Positions 13,187 through 26,084 of a DNA stretch of 64,000 nucleotides are shown one piece after another (the first letter of the stretch is position 1; the number at the start of each line of letters is the position of its first letter). The stretch is taken from positions 51,338,001 through 51,402,000 of the forward strand of contig NC_045696.1 in the NCBI RefSeq assembly GCF_009834535.1, in the 5' to 3' direction. The notes below the pieces were generated by a model that worked only from the letters and a program-made list of their open reading frames with translations, made no database searches and was not told the origin of the DNA. A program made the position numbers and the translations under genes. This DNA is from Camelus ferus (lineage: Eukaryota).

Positions 13187-13869
13187 CAGTCAGCGTTCTG
13201 TATCCGCCAAATTCTACATCTGCAGATTCAACCGACTGTGGATGGAAAATATATGGGAGAAAAAATTTCCAGACAGTTCCAAAAACCCAAAACTTGATTT
13301 GCCGTGCTGGCAACTATTTACATAGCATTTACATTGTATTTACAATTATTTACATAGTTTTATGTTTTATTAGGTGTTGACCTGGAACAAATAGACTGCC
13401 AGGTATTACTCCGGTAAAGACGTATTACTCCAACAAAGATGGGTTTATTTGGGCTCTGCAACCATGGCGGGCCACGTTCAAGTTCTCACATGGCCAGGGA
13501 AGGAGAACTCTCATACAGGGGAAAAGGAAGCTGATAGGACTATAGTAAACAAAATGTCCATGGCTTTTCATTGGCTGAGTCCTTGCCAGAAAAGAAGTCT
13601 TTCTTCTTCCTGTTGGGCTCTGTTACTGTCACAGGGCATGAGGGCTCCCCTTTCTGGTCTTCTGACTCTACTTAATTCAAGGTTGTTTATTAATTTTTTG
13701 CATCGGTGTCATAAATAATCTAGAGATAATTCAAAGTATACAGAAGAATGTACATAGGTTATACGCAAACAACTACACTATTTTATATAAGGGACTTGAG
13801 AATTTGCAGACTTTGGTATACCGCTTGGAGTCTTGGAACCAATTCCCCATGAATACTAAGGGATGACTG
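13187..13869 (-). mobile_element. MER2-like TcMar-Tigger non-autonomous DNA transposon, interrupted by an LTR
   Basis: Ends TA|CAGTCAGCGTTCTGTATCC and GAATACTAAGGGATGACTG form degenerate TIRs; internal sequence resembles the recalled MER2 consensus. Confidence 0.8.
13375..13702 (-). mobile_element. Solo LTR (ERV1-like) nested in MER2
   Basis: TG...CA termini, 4-bp near-TSD TAGG/TCGG; MER2 sequence resumes on both sides. Confidence 0.65.
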
Positions 13870-15221
13870 AATTATTTCTACTTGTACAGCGGGCTTCAAT
13901 AAAATAAAAAACTTAATCTTACAGGGAACACAGGTCTTACCCATCTCTTATTGGTTGGGTAACATAAGATGGCACTTTTTCCTTACTCCTTCCCAAGATG
14001 TACCCTTGAGTACTCATTTCCTTTTCTATTTTCTCTCAGAAACCTGAACTGTTACTGCAGGAGGATGTAATAACTCCATCTGTCTCTGAAGGACACAGCA
14101 TCGGAGAGTCTTTGCCAATTTTTCCCAAAATGTTAATCCCAACTCTTAGTATTTCCTCCTACCACACTTCCCTCTCTATTCCTAAAGCCAAAACTCTGAC
14201 CAAACTCTTGTTGTTTTATATCTGAATAATTATGACTTCTTGCCCATCAGTCCAAAACGCTGCCATCAAATATGTCTAGCTTTCTTAAGTGACTGCTTTA
14301 CTTTACTACTTTACTTTTTCCCTCATATCTTAGTTATTCATATCATATTCAAATTTCTATCATTGATTTCCAGGGCCTTTGTAAACTATCCTACACTTAT
14401 CAAGTCCCCTCAATCTCTTCTTGACATTCTCTTTTCTCTTGTTAAATCCATTTCACTTATACATTCATTCCATTAACTGTCACTGAATTTCATCAGTGCC
14501 TAAGGCCCTGGGGTGGGTGTTGTAGGAGATATAAAATAGATATATTTAGTATTTATCTCTTCTCATCTGACCTTCTCATTTACAAATCTTCCAAGTAATT
14601 CCTTTCACCTGAAATGTAATAGACCCCAAACTTACACTGTTGTCAATCCAACATCACTGAAAAAAATTTCTACTTAAGTAGCTAGAGGAAGTTGCTCATT
14701 TGTCAATAAAAAATTTGCCAGTTAATTTTTCAAAAAGTGAAACCAAAGAAAGAGAAAGGAGAGTAAAATAAAATGCAGACCATTATAGTAGAAGCACAAA
14801 TATATCACTGTTTAGGATCTGAGCTACCAAAAGGCAAGTAACTTTCTGAATAATTCTTCTGCATAATCCAGAACACAAAGGTCCATAAGACTGTCAATGT
14901 GGAAGCCAAGCTTTCAAAAACAGCCTGAAATCTACAATAGTAGTTACACACTATTCTGAAAAAGGTTATTTAGTGAGACATCCCAAATTCATACCCCGAC
15001 TTCCTTGGATCATAGAGTATGTATGAGTAGCCCCTGAACAGAGGATTGAAGCACCGCCCTATGCAATCGGCCGGCTGAGTAGCCGGGAACAAATGGTGTG
15101 GCCAATTCTGGCACTTGGGATGAGGCTCCACTGGGCTCAGTGTTACACTGTCCCATCTCTGATGGAGCCCTTTGTCATTTGTGCTACAGAATGCTGAATA
15201 AAGAGACACTGCAATTCCTAC

Positions 15222-15375
15222 CTGGTGATTTTCCTTGAAAGTTTGGATTAATAACTCTTTCAGTTTCTTCTTTCTTTCTTTTGCCATTTTTTCTTCATCT
15301 AGAACAGTATGAACATTTTGAAACATGCCTTTCTCTGGATTTTTTAGAGAATTTTCTTCTTGCTTTTTCTTCCCT
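15222..15375 (-). CDS. CCDC191: CCDC191 coding exon 7 (GKKKQEENS...TFKENHQ)
   Basis: Within ORF 14970..15401; TAG| acceptor, |GTAGGA donor; 154 nt. Confidence 0.92.
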
Positions 15376-16577
15376 CTATTAATAACAATTAAAAAATACA
15401 TGTATGAACAACAGACTTAACAATGAGTAATTACAACCTATCACAGTGGAATGAACACTGAATTTTCCATCAGAAGATAGCAATTTTTAGATCTGGTCCT
15501 AAAACTACATAGTAGGGAGATTTTTTTTTTCTTTTTAGTCTTAGTTTATTCCTTTATACAATACAGTTAAATAAAATAAAATTGTTTTAATGTATTCTGA
15601 AAAGTAGAAAGCCCTATAGATATTTAAGTATTTTTATTGAATGATGCTTTGATGAAAATTTGAGAGATAACAACTACTAGGTAATCTCTAATACAGACAT
15701 AAGTTCTCTCTCTTCTTATAAGGGAGGCAAATAAGGACCCTTGGGTAAGAAAGGAATGAGATTCTTACCACAAGGCTTTTACAAGGTTTCTAGGACGAAA
15801 AATAATAAAAGAGTCAGGTGTTACTGAGGAAGGAGAAAATGGAATTTATATTAACTCTAGGACAGCTGAAAAGCGAAAAAATAAAACTTAATAAGGAAAA
15901 GGACTGCAGGCAAGTAGCAAGAACCTCTTAGAAACTTTGTCACTCATCTTTGTGATTATCTCTTTCTCACCTACCTATCTGTACTTTCCCCTCCAGGTCA
16001 TCCCTCTTACACTCACCAATCCAAGCAAGCTCATAGCCATCGCCTTCTAATTGGAGTACATTAAACCACATAGGTATGTGTATATACATTATCAATGACA
16101 TAGTAAAGCCAGCACCTAGTCAAGGCTCAGGATTCATGGGCTCTGGCCACAAACCAGCTGTGAAAACTCAGGCAAGTCACCTAGCCTTTCTGAATTTCTC
16201 TTCACAGCTGTAGAAACTCAAATGGAAAGAGGAATGCCAGAATTACCTGCAGACATTCTTTCATTAATTCTCATATATCATACAGGCGACACATAACGTT
16301 GTATCTTATTACTGGTGATGTTAATCATCATTTGGTTAAGGTGGCTTCTCCAGTGTAAAGTTGATATTTTTCTCTTTGTAGTTAATAAACCTTTTAGAGA
16401 AGACTCTTTTAAACTATGCAATGAAGCAGATTTAGGGTACCTTACAAATAAACTAAAAAGCCTTATCAACAATATAATTTTACTGACTCTTTCCAAACTT
16501 ACTAATGCATTAACAACATTATGTTAGATAGTTATCAGCAGACCAGAGCGGGCATTTAAAGAAACACAGTTTTAGCA

Positions 16578-16746
16578 AGGGAAGGCATAACTCAGTGGTT
16601 AAGAGCATGCCTACAAGGTCCTGGATTCAATACCCAGTACCTTCAGAAAAAATTAATAAAAACCTAATTACCTCCTCCCCACCCCCAAAATAATAAAAAT
16701 GTGAAATTGTAAAAAAAAACTCTAAAAAAAATTGAAAATTAAAAAA
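16578..16746 (+). mobile_element. Diverged tRNA-derived SINE (Vic-1-like)
   Basis: Degenerate head plus AAACCTAATTACCTCC and A tail; imperfect TSD AAACACAGTTTTAGCA / AAATACAGTTCTAACA. Confidence 0.8.
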
Positions 16747-17849
16747 AAATACAGTTCTAACACCATGGATCAAATTTTTAAAATAACACTAAAATATCTA
16801 TCTGTTACGAAAGTAATATCTGCTCATTGTGAAAAACTGGAGAGGTATAAAAGCCATCCATCTATATTTCTACCCAGAAAAAAACCACTGATTAACATGT
16901 CAGTGCTGTTTCACTGTACAACCATTAATTATTAATTTCTCCAATATTTATGAATGTCTGTTATTATAAATAATGTTATTTTCATTATCTTTGTGCACAA
17001 ATCTTTGTCTGGATTTCTGGTCATTTTCTTAGGATAATATTCCTATAACTGGAATTCCCAGGTCAAATGATAACATTTTCATGGCTCTTATTGTTTATTG
17101 CCAAATTGCTTTCTGTTAAGTTTAAATCAGTTCAACTACATAGAAGTACTGCATATTATCTGTCTCACTGCATCCACAGATAAGATTTTTAACTTTTAAA
17201 AGAAATGACTGGTCAGTGAATGTTCGCTGAGTGCCCACTGTGAGCAGTGCTTCCTGCTACCATCAAATGTTACTTGTTTTCCCAATTTATTTTAAGTCAG
17301 CCTAGATTTTTCAGGGCTTGAGAGCAATCTGAAAAGCAAGGCCGACCTTAGCAAGAACTCACTAACACTGGTGATTGCTTCCTGAAAGGAAAAGCATCTG
17401 GAGGAGGTCTGAGCCTGGTACTTGAAAGAATGAAGCCCACGTCCACTGCAGAGCAGTTTTAAATTGGGGAGGATGAGAGCAATCAAGAACGCAGTGGGGA
17501 AAGCTGTGGAGGCTGAGGGGGTGGAAGAGATTATCTAATAGGTCTTTGTGGCCTCTCAGTTTGAGTATTCAGCCACTTCAGGCACGTTGTTCCAAGGCTT
17601 TTGCAGTTTATGCATCCGTGCTGTTTCTCAGAACAAATACATTAGTTATTTCATTTACAAAGCTCATTTTCTGCATGAAGAAACACAACAGTACTACATC
17701 CAGTAAGGGCTACTTTGATTTCCCTTTTATGTTAGATATTGTTTTTCTTTATCAGTGGCAGTAAGGCAGTGGTGACTCTCTGTATCATTATTGGAAGATA
17801 AGACACTGAGGCAATTCACAATAGGATGAGGCACAATTAGCCAATGTGT

Positions 17850-18420
17850 ATAAGGAAACGTGCCCAATCTTAAAATCATTCAGGAACCCAAGGAAATGCA
17901 AACTAACCAATATAATACCTATTAAAAGTGCAAAAATATTGAAAATGATAACACCTCCCCAATGCTGAGTGTGGTCCACTGCCAGCAATCGCTGTAAATA
18001 AGTACAAGCCATTTGGAAAGAAATTTGGCAATGTTTCAAGAGTCACAAGAAGCCTATACCATTTAACTCTGTAATTACAACCCTAAGAACATAATTCAAA
18101 AGAATGAAAAAGCTCTATGCTTAAGGATGCTCACTGCACTACTGGTGAAAAGTCTGAAATAGCCGAAATGCTCACCAGTATGGGGAGTGGAGGTCATTAT
18201 ATAAATTATGGTATAAGAATTCAATGCAGTAATATACAGACCTTAGGATTCCAGGCAATGTGGTAATCACAACAAGCAGAATAACAAATTATATGTACTT
18301 TATGATTGCAATTAAGTACATAAACGGATCAAGAACAGGAGGAAACACGGAAAAAATGAAAATAGTTCATTTGTTAAGACGGTGCAAGAGTGGGTGATTT
18401 CTCTTCTGTGTTTTGTTATT
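17850..18420 (+). mobile_element. Ancient L1 (L1ME-like) fragment
   Basis: Degenerate L1 ORF2-end motifs (GTACAAGCCATTTGGAAAGAAATTTGGCAAT; GGATGCTCACTGCAC). Confidence 0.6.
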
Positions 18421-18517
18421 GCATTGTTTGTGCATTTTAAAGAACTTTAGAGTCCTTCCAAAATGACTGCCTAAACAACATAACAAACCTTAATACTGCT
18501 CATCACAGCTGACTTAC

Positions 18518-18741
18518 ATTTTCCATGCCTCTTCCACAGTGCGTCTCCTCTCAATTATCTCCCTCCGAAGCTTTACCATCTCCCTTTGAATCTCCTCCTC
18601 CTCTTTCTTGGCCTCTAGAGCCTTCCTTTCCTTCTCTTCTTGCACCAGATACTGAGCCTCTAAGAAGGCCGATTTTTTCAGGGTCTTTTCAATTCTCTGG
18701 CGCTCCAGTTCTTTCTCACGCCTTAAGCGATTTTCTTTTAC
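18518..18741 (-). CDS. CCDC191: CCDC191 coding exon 6 (VKENRLRREKELE...EEAWK), coiled-coil
   Basis: Within ORF 18514..18864; AAG| acceptor, |GTAAGT donor; 224 nt; E/K/R-rich. Confidence 0.93.
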
Positions 18742-20185
18742 CTTGAGGAGAATACAACAAGGGTGAAAGCAGCCTTTCAAGTAGAAAGGGATATGCAAAA
18801 CCTTAGAACAAATTTTGAAGATCAGAATACAATCACTTTGAAACATTCTGGCCCAGAACCCCATGGTATATCAGAAAAACAGGGGAAATTCTTTTGTTTA
18901 CTGAGTAATGATCAATAGGAAGTTTTAAATGAAGTCAGGTAAGACCATTCCAAACAATTTGGGAACAATCTGCACCATGGAGAAGTTGAAAATCTAATGG
19001 GTCTGATGCCAAATTCTGGATTCTGATTTAGTAATGATTTCCTACTCATAAGATTTTCCAAGGTGTACATTACTGCTATTTATTCAGTCTGTATGCTAAT
19101 TATAACTTAAGAAAAAGAATAAGGTTATTTGGGGGAGGATAAATTGTGAAGGCTAGAACAGTGATTTATTACCTTAAGGAACATCACGGCCTTTTATTCA
19201 CGTCTATCATTTTAATATATAGATGATTCTGGATTATTTGGAAAACAAAATCATGAACTTCACAAATATTTCTGAATAAGCACAATCATTTTTTTCAAAC
19301 CCATTAACTCTTTAAAGGCTTGACTAGCTATGAACTAAGGGGTGATCCTTTCTGTTCGTTATCTCTACCCTTATGTTACTCTCATGATAAGACTTCTAGA
19401 TAATGGCTTTCTCTTAGTGAACGTTCTTTCCTCCCTTTTATCATAAATCCAAACCAGGATCGTACTTCTACCCCAGTTTCTCTATCATCCCTAGTGCTGA
19501 TTGAGCACGCCTTATGGTTTAAAGTAATCAGAAATTCATTGTTACAAAAAGACTAGACCGTAATTCTAGTCCGGTCTTGGTTCTGGACATATGGGAAAGA
19601 CTTGGTCATTCTGACTTCCTGAAGTTCCTCTACAAAGCATTGAGATGTATCTTCTTCCTATAATCTACTATTGTCTTTGGAGACAAGAAAGTTCCCATAT
19701 GCCTTTCTAATTCAAAACAGCTGAACTAGATTTAATTCAGATCTGCCCTCCCTTTCAAATTATAATCACAAAATGAGTGAATTTTTCAGTTGCCTAGAGA
19801 AGAATCATCATTATAACATTCACCAGAATATTCATGATATTAATATATTGATGTCATAATTAAAAAAACAAATTCAAGCAAACCCCAATCTACATATTTA
19901 TATTCGGAAGTACCACATGTAAACTAATAAAGTTTAGCTCACTTCTCTCTTGGTCAAAATCAATTATTCTTTTGCTTGGTTCTCTTAAATAAATTGTTTC
20001 CTATCCTCAGTTTATGAGCATTATTTTTCTTCTGAAGTTCTTATATTTTATTTTTATTCTTTCTAACCAAACCACAGATGGCATCCTTTTTCATAATAAA
20101 GCCTAAATCTTTATTTAAGCTTATTAAATGTGTCACACAAAGATTGCTTCCTGTTATCCATTTTAATTTTGCTTTTCCCTCCCAC

Positions 20186-20364
20186 CTGCTTATGTCTCAT
20201 CTCCATGGTAAGACGAGGATCCTTCTGCCACTTCTTGTCTTGGTTTTCATTCATTCCAAGATCTTCCAGCATCCCAGAATCCACCACATCTTTATGGAGC
20301 AGATGGTCTATAAATTTTTGAACGATGGTACTTTCCTCTTCTTCCTCCAAGTAACCACATAAAT
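20186..20364 (-). CDS. CCDC191: CCDC191 coding exon 5 (DLCGYLEEEEES...MEMRHKQ)
   Basis: Within ORF 20111..20542; CAG| acceptor after a pyrimidine tract, |GTGGGA donor; 179 nt. Confidence 0.93.
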
Positions 20365-20679
20365 CTGGGAGAAAGAGAACAACAACAAAAAAAGGAAAAT
20401 TAAAAAAAAATTTTACTTCAGTATAATTTCCATATTTATATAAATAATCCTGGTACAATAAAAATAAAAAGCTATGAATGTTCAATAAATAGTAACTGAT
20501 AATGCCAACTGGATGAGTAAATCCCTCAGCAAGTACCTTCAACTAAGAGGGAAAAACCTTCACTCACGAGGAACTTCCCTCACCCAAGTCACTAAAGACC
20601 CCCTCACTACCAAACTGAAAAGATACTACTTTTACATTTATATTACAAGGACCTAAACATCCTTGAGGAATCTATTGCT

Positions 20680-22120
20680 CTTTTTCAAAAAGGCTCTAAT
20701 GTGGTATAACTGACATACAATAAACTTGTAAATATTTAAAGTCTACAGTACATTTTGACATATATAATTACCAGTAAAACCATCATTACAATCAAGATAA
20801 TGAGTGTATCTGTTAGCCCCAAAAAGGGTCTTCATGCTGATTTGCAATCTCTTCCTCCCACTCCTCCCCATGCTCTCTGCCCTATCCAGGCAACCACAGA
20901 CCTGCTTCTGCCAAAAGATTAGTTTAAATTTTCCAGAATTTTGTATCAATTAAATCATATACTATGTACTCTTTTTGGTCATGCTTCTTTTACTCAGCAT
21001 AACTATTCTGAGATTCATCCATGTTGTTGTATCAATCGTTCAACCCTCTTTATTGCTGAGTAGTATTCTACTGTATGGGCATACGACAATTTGTTTATTC
21101 ATTCATCTGGGGATAGACATTTGCTTCCAGATTTGGGCTATTACAAATAAAACTGTTATGAACATTTGTGTACACATATTTGTATGAATGTATGCTTTCT
21201 TTTCTCTTAGGAAAATGCCTAGGAGTGGAATGGTTGGATCATATAATAAGTATTTGTTTAACTTTTGTAAGAAACTGTCAAACTGTTTTCCAAAGTAGTT
21301 ATATAATTTCACATTCTCACAAGCAAGGTAGGAGTGTTCCACTCCTCCACTTCCTTACCAATACTTGGTATGGTCAGTCTTTCAATTTAAGCCATTTTAA
21401 TAGGTGTGTAGTGGTTACTCATGGTAATTTTAATTTGCTTTTTCCTAATGACTAATGATACTGAGTATCTTTCTTGCTAATGTTCTATTTAGTTCCATAC
21501 ATTATTGAAAATGGGGTTACTGAAGTTTCCAACTGTTACTGTTGAATTACCTATTTTTCCCTTCAATTTTCTCAGGTATGCATCATGTATTTGGGGGTTC
21601 TTTTGCTAGGTGTATACATGTTAACACTTGTTATGTTTTCTGATGGATTGACCCTTTTATTATTATAGAATGCCCTTCTTTGTCTTGAGTAACAATTTCT
21701 TATCATAATCTATCTTTTTCCTGATATTAACAAGCTGCTCTCACACTCTTTTGGCTACTATTTGCATGGTACATCTTTTCCTATCCTTTTACTTTCAACC
21801 TGTTTGTGTCTTTGAATCTAGAATGTCTCTTGTAGACAGCATATAGTTAGATATTTTTAAGTTCATTCTGCCAGTCTCCATCTTTTAATTAAAGCATTTA
21901 ATCCATTTATATGTAATGTAATTCTTGATAAGGTAAGATTTACATTTGTCACTTTGGTGTTTTTCTTCTATACATCTCATGTAAGTGCTCTTTGTCAGGC
22001 TGAAGAATTTACCTTCTATTACTAGTCTGCTAAGGTTTTAATCAGAAATAGATGTCACATTTTGTCAAGTATTTTTTTCTTTATCTACTGACATAATCAT
22101 ATGTTAATAGTTTTAATAAA
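20680..22120 (-). mobile_element. Old LINE-1 fragments (3' end and ORF2 pieces)
   Basis: ORF 21103..21342 gives an L1 ORF2 C-terminal-like peptide (YDPTIPLLGI...MCTQMFITVLFVIAQIWKQ); T-rich antisense L1 composition. Confidence 0.8.
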
Positions 22121-22289
22121 CATTCTTTTTTAATAGCCAGGTAATATTTTTGTTCAATGTTCTGATCCAAAAACAAAAAGTAACTCTAGAAGCATAAGAT
22201 GAGTGAAGTCTGGTAAGATACTAGATAGTAACAACAAATCTCAGAGATAGAACTAGATCCATTAGCACCAGATCTATTAGCAGTCTTAT

Positions 22290-22800
22290 TGTATTCCAGA
22301 TGTTTCAGAATAAATATTAAGTACTGAAATGCCTCATTTTAATAATGACACCACTAAACTAGAAAATATCCAGAAGGTGGCAATCAGTATATCTAGAAAC
22401 AATGTGATACAAAGAACTGTTGAGAGTACTGGTGCTATTTAATCTAGAAAACTGACGAATATGAAGGATCAGATATGATGACAGCTCCCACAAAAAACGA
22501 AAAGACTGTTCTTGAAAGAGAGGACATGATATTACTTCCTATTACACTAAAGGGTAAAAGTTACTGAGGACAAAATCCTAATTCTCCTAGCAGAGAATTT
22601 ATGAAGATTAGAGCCTCACAACAGCTGAATGGGCACCTCCCAGAGTGCAGGCTCCCTGTGCTGGGAGGTGTTCAGGTATAGAGTCTATCACCCCATGTTA
22701 TGGATACTATAGAAGGATCTCTATTTGAGGGGGTGAAGAGGGTAGATCAGATTAGGTGATCTTGAGGATTCCCCTAACTTTAAGAGCTCATGACTTTGTG
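22290..22800 (+). mobile_element. L3/CR1 LINE 3' fragment
   Basis: CR1-like motifs (AAACTAGAAAATATCCAGAAGGTGGCAA; TATTTAATCTAGAAAA; CTGGGAGGTGTTCAGG). Confidence 0.6.
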
Positions 22801-23393
22801 ATTCCCAAGCTGGGGATTTTGTAGAGTCCTAAACAAGAGGAATGCTGCCAGATGAGTTCACCAGGGATGTATGAGTTATACATGGGGAGCTGCCCCACCA
22901 TTGCCATGCCTACCCTTATGCCCAGGGAAAAAAATCTTTCTCTTTGGATGCCTTTGAGGAACCCTCACAAGCTAGCTATTTAACTTGTCTAACACTAGCT
23001 GTGTGTGCAAGTAATAACCTCCTTTATAAAGATACATGAAGCATTTTCTAAGTACAAAATGATATACCAATGTTTAAACATAGTAAAACATTTAAATAGC
23101 CATCAAGGTAAATGGTCATCCAACATATATAGGGGAAAAGGCACTCTTAAACAGCATTAGTTGCCATTATAATCATAAGAAGAATTGCAATTAATAAGAC
23201 TATTTTAATTTTTAAAACATGAATTTACTGAGGATATAGATAAGTAAATTGAATCAAGAAAAACTAAAGCCAATTATAAAACTAAGCAAAACACCAAAAA
23301 GTCAAATAATATATCATTTATTATTCAAAACAAAAAGATTTCTTGGATACATCCATTGATGTTAAATCTTAGAACAATCAGATAAGTTCTTAC

Positions 23394-23537
23394 CATCAAA
23401 CCTGTCGTATTTCAAATGCCTGTTGGCTTCTGGCACAAGAGGGATACTCGACACAGTGTCTTCATCACCACCTTCCCCATCACTTGCTAGTTCTTGCTTA
23501 AGTTTGGTGTCTAACCAGTCATTGACCAATTCCTGAG
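23394..23537 (-). CDS. CCDC191: CCDC191 coding exon 4 (AQELVNDWLDTKLKQELAS...KYDRFD)
   Basis: Within ORF 23362..23544; TAG| acceptor, |GTAAGA donor; 144 nt, symmetric phase 1-1. Confidence 0.93.
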
Positions 23538-23826
23538 CTACCAATAAAACAAAAGCATCTATTTAATATTTCAGTTACTTCAGAAACTTTCTTCATTCAC
23601 TGTTTTCATTCATTCAACAAATGTTAAGTGAGCACAGCATGTGTCAGATAGTGTTCTAGATGCTGGGAATACAGCAGTGACCAAAACAGGAAATATAAAA
23701 CCTACCACCATGAAACTTATGTTCTAACTGGGGAAGAAAGACAATGAGCAAGTAAGTCAGAAAAACAGAGCAGGGGAAGGAGAAATGGTGTACAGGAGAT
23801 GGAAGATGGGTGTTGACAGTTTTAAA

Positions 23827-23954
23827 GTTTTTTTCGTGGGAGGAGGTAATTAGGTTTATCTATTTAATTTTTTTAATGGAGGTACTGAGGCTTGAACCCG
23901 GGACCTCATACATGCTAAGCACACACTCTACCACTTGAGCCATACCCTCCCTCC
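23827..23954 (-). mobile_element. tRNA-derived SINE (Vic-1-like) inserted in an L2
   Basis: GGAGGTAATTAGGTTTAT...CTCTACCACTTGAGCCATACCCTCC; imperfect TSD GACAGTTTTTAAA / GATAGTTTTAAA. Confidence 0.87.
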
Positions 23955-24198
23955 TGATAGTTTTAAACTGGGTTATCAAAGGAGGCCTCACTGAGAAAAT
24001 ATTTTGAGCAAAAGAGGGAAGGAAGTGAGGAAGGGAGCTACGTGGCTACATAAGGGAATATTATTGCATACGCAGGGAAAACAAGAGCAGAGGCCCTAAG
24101 GTAGGAGAGTGTCTAGCGTACTGGAGAAACAGCATGGGGGCAGTATGGAAGGATGAATGAGATGAGGTGGAAGAGGTAATACTGGATCAGATTTGGAG

Positions 24199-24412
24199 CA
24201 GTGGTTCTAGATCAGGGGTGATTTTGCCCCCCAGTGGATGGCTGGCAATGTCTGGAGCCATTTCTGGTTATTACAACTGGGGGAGGTGATATTAGCATCT
24301 ACTGGGTAGAGCACAAAGATGCTGCTAATAAACACCCTATAATGCACAGGACAGCCCCCACAACAAAAGTTATCTGGCCCAAAATAACAATAGTGCTGAG
24401 GTTGAAAATCCT
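24199..24412 (+). mobile_element. MER20 (hAT-Charlie) DNA transposon
   Basis: CAGTGGTTCT...GGGGTGATTTTGCCCCCCAG...GGCAATGTCTGGAG...AATGCACAGGACAGCCCCCACAACAAA...AATAGTGCTGAGGTTGA matches the recalled MER20 consensus. Confidence 0.9.
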
Positions 24413-26084
24413 TTCTTTGGGTAAGTCTTGACATTCTAGGTACTTTGGCTTTTATTCTGCGTGCAATGGGAAGCCATGGGGGCGGAGGGTTACAAGCAAA
24501 GAGGTGATGTATTTTAAGAGCATCAACTCCAACTACTATGTTAAAATAGACTACAGAGGAACAAACACAGAAGCAGGAGACTCCAGTTGGGAGACAAATA
24601 TCCAGGAGAGAGGCGATAGTGACCTGGACCCAGAGTGGAGGTACTAAAAATGGTCAGATTCTAGAAAGTAATGTTTTGAGGTAGAGTTGACATGATCTGC
24701 TGATGGATTGGACACAGGATATGAGAAAAAGAAATCTATAAGGTTTTTGGCCTAAGCAACTGCAAGGATGGAGGTGCCATTTACTGAGACAGGGAAGGCC
24801 AAGGGAATAGCAAGTTTGGACAGAAGATCAGTTCAGTTTCAAACGAGTTAGGATGAGATGCTTATGAGACATCCAAATAGGGATGTCAAATAGGTATTGG
24901 CTATATCATCTGGACTTCAAGGGAGAGCTGAAGAAATAAATGTGGGTATGGTCAGCATACAGATCATATTCAAATCCAAAGGGGATATTTAAAGTGGATG
25001 AGATCCCCAAAGGAGGAAGGTGGATAGAGAATTGGTTCAAGGATTAAGCCCTGAGGAGCTCTGGTATTCAGGGGTGAAGAGAGAAGGCAGAACCAGGAAA
25101 GTAGATTAGGAAAGAGAAACCACTGAGGCAGGAGGAAAATCAGAGAGTATGATATCCTGGAAACCAATTTCCACTTGGATTTCTTTTTTAGTGACATTCA
25201 GAAAATCTTCTTAAATATATAGTTACGAGAGAAAATGTCTTGTTAGCATCACTCTCATCATTATAATCACTGTCAAACAGCTCTTACAGACAGGGCATGG
25301 GGGTTTCAACAAAGAAAAATGTCTATTTCAGCATTACCTTCATCACTGTTATCATCATTATTGCACAGCTCTAAGGCAATGGAGTGTCTCCATATAGTAA
25401 ATAACGACAAAAGACATTTAATATAGATGGGAATGCATGATACAACAGAGAAAAACTGAATCAAAGTGATAGAAACTAAGTGTAAAAAAGTATACTAGCA
25501 ACAGACTCTACTGGCTTTCAGAGGAAGGTAGAGAAAGAGGGGCAGATATTTACTGTGTAACCCTGTGTACAACAGTTTAGATATTTATGTGTAGAATAAT
25601 TTATTTGTAGAATAATTCAGATCTACTGTATGCCATTCATATTAAATAGAGGTGTACTGTGAAGTTTCCAAAAAAAACAAAGAAAGGGAATGTCCTGTGG
25701 AGGGTTCAACTGTAGGAACATTGTTCGATCAGAGGCTCGAAGCCTACCCTAAATCAGACTTTCTCAAAGCATGTTCCTCAGCACACTAGCTCTTACTGAA
25801 TATCAATAGATAGTTAATGAGAGGAGAAAGAAGGATATAAACCTTTGAAAACCTTGTTCCATTCAGACACTAGTACTTTCTAAAGTAGATCACTAGTTTC
25901 TTAGAATATTAATACGTATTTCAAGATAAAAAGGGTTTAAGTCTAGGAAGCTTAGGAAATGGGGTAAGTAAGCTTTTTTTTTTTAAACTGCAGGACTTCT
26001 TGTAACCTTAAGCAGCTGAAGTATATTATATATTCCTATTGGTGGGGTGGGAGATGGGGTGGGCTAGACACAGCCTTGCCAATT

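Larger units (their letters stand above)
23605..25165 (-). mobile_element. L2 LINE hosting a SINE and a MER20
   Basis: Starts with the reverse L2 tail TTCATTCATTCAACAAAT; purine-rich L2 body (GGAGGTGCCATTTACTGAGACAGGGAAG). Confidence 0.8.
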
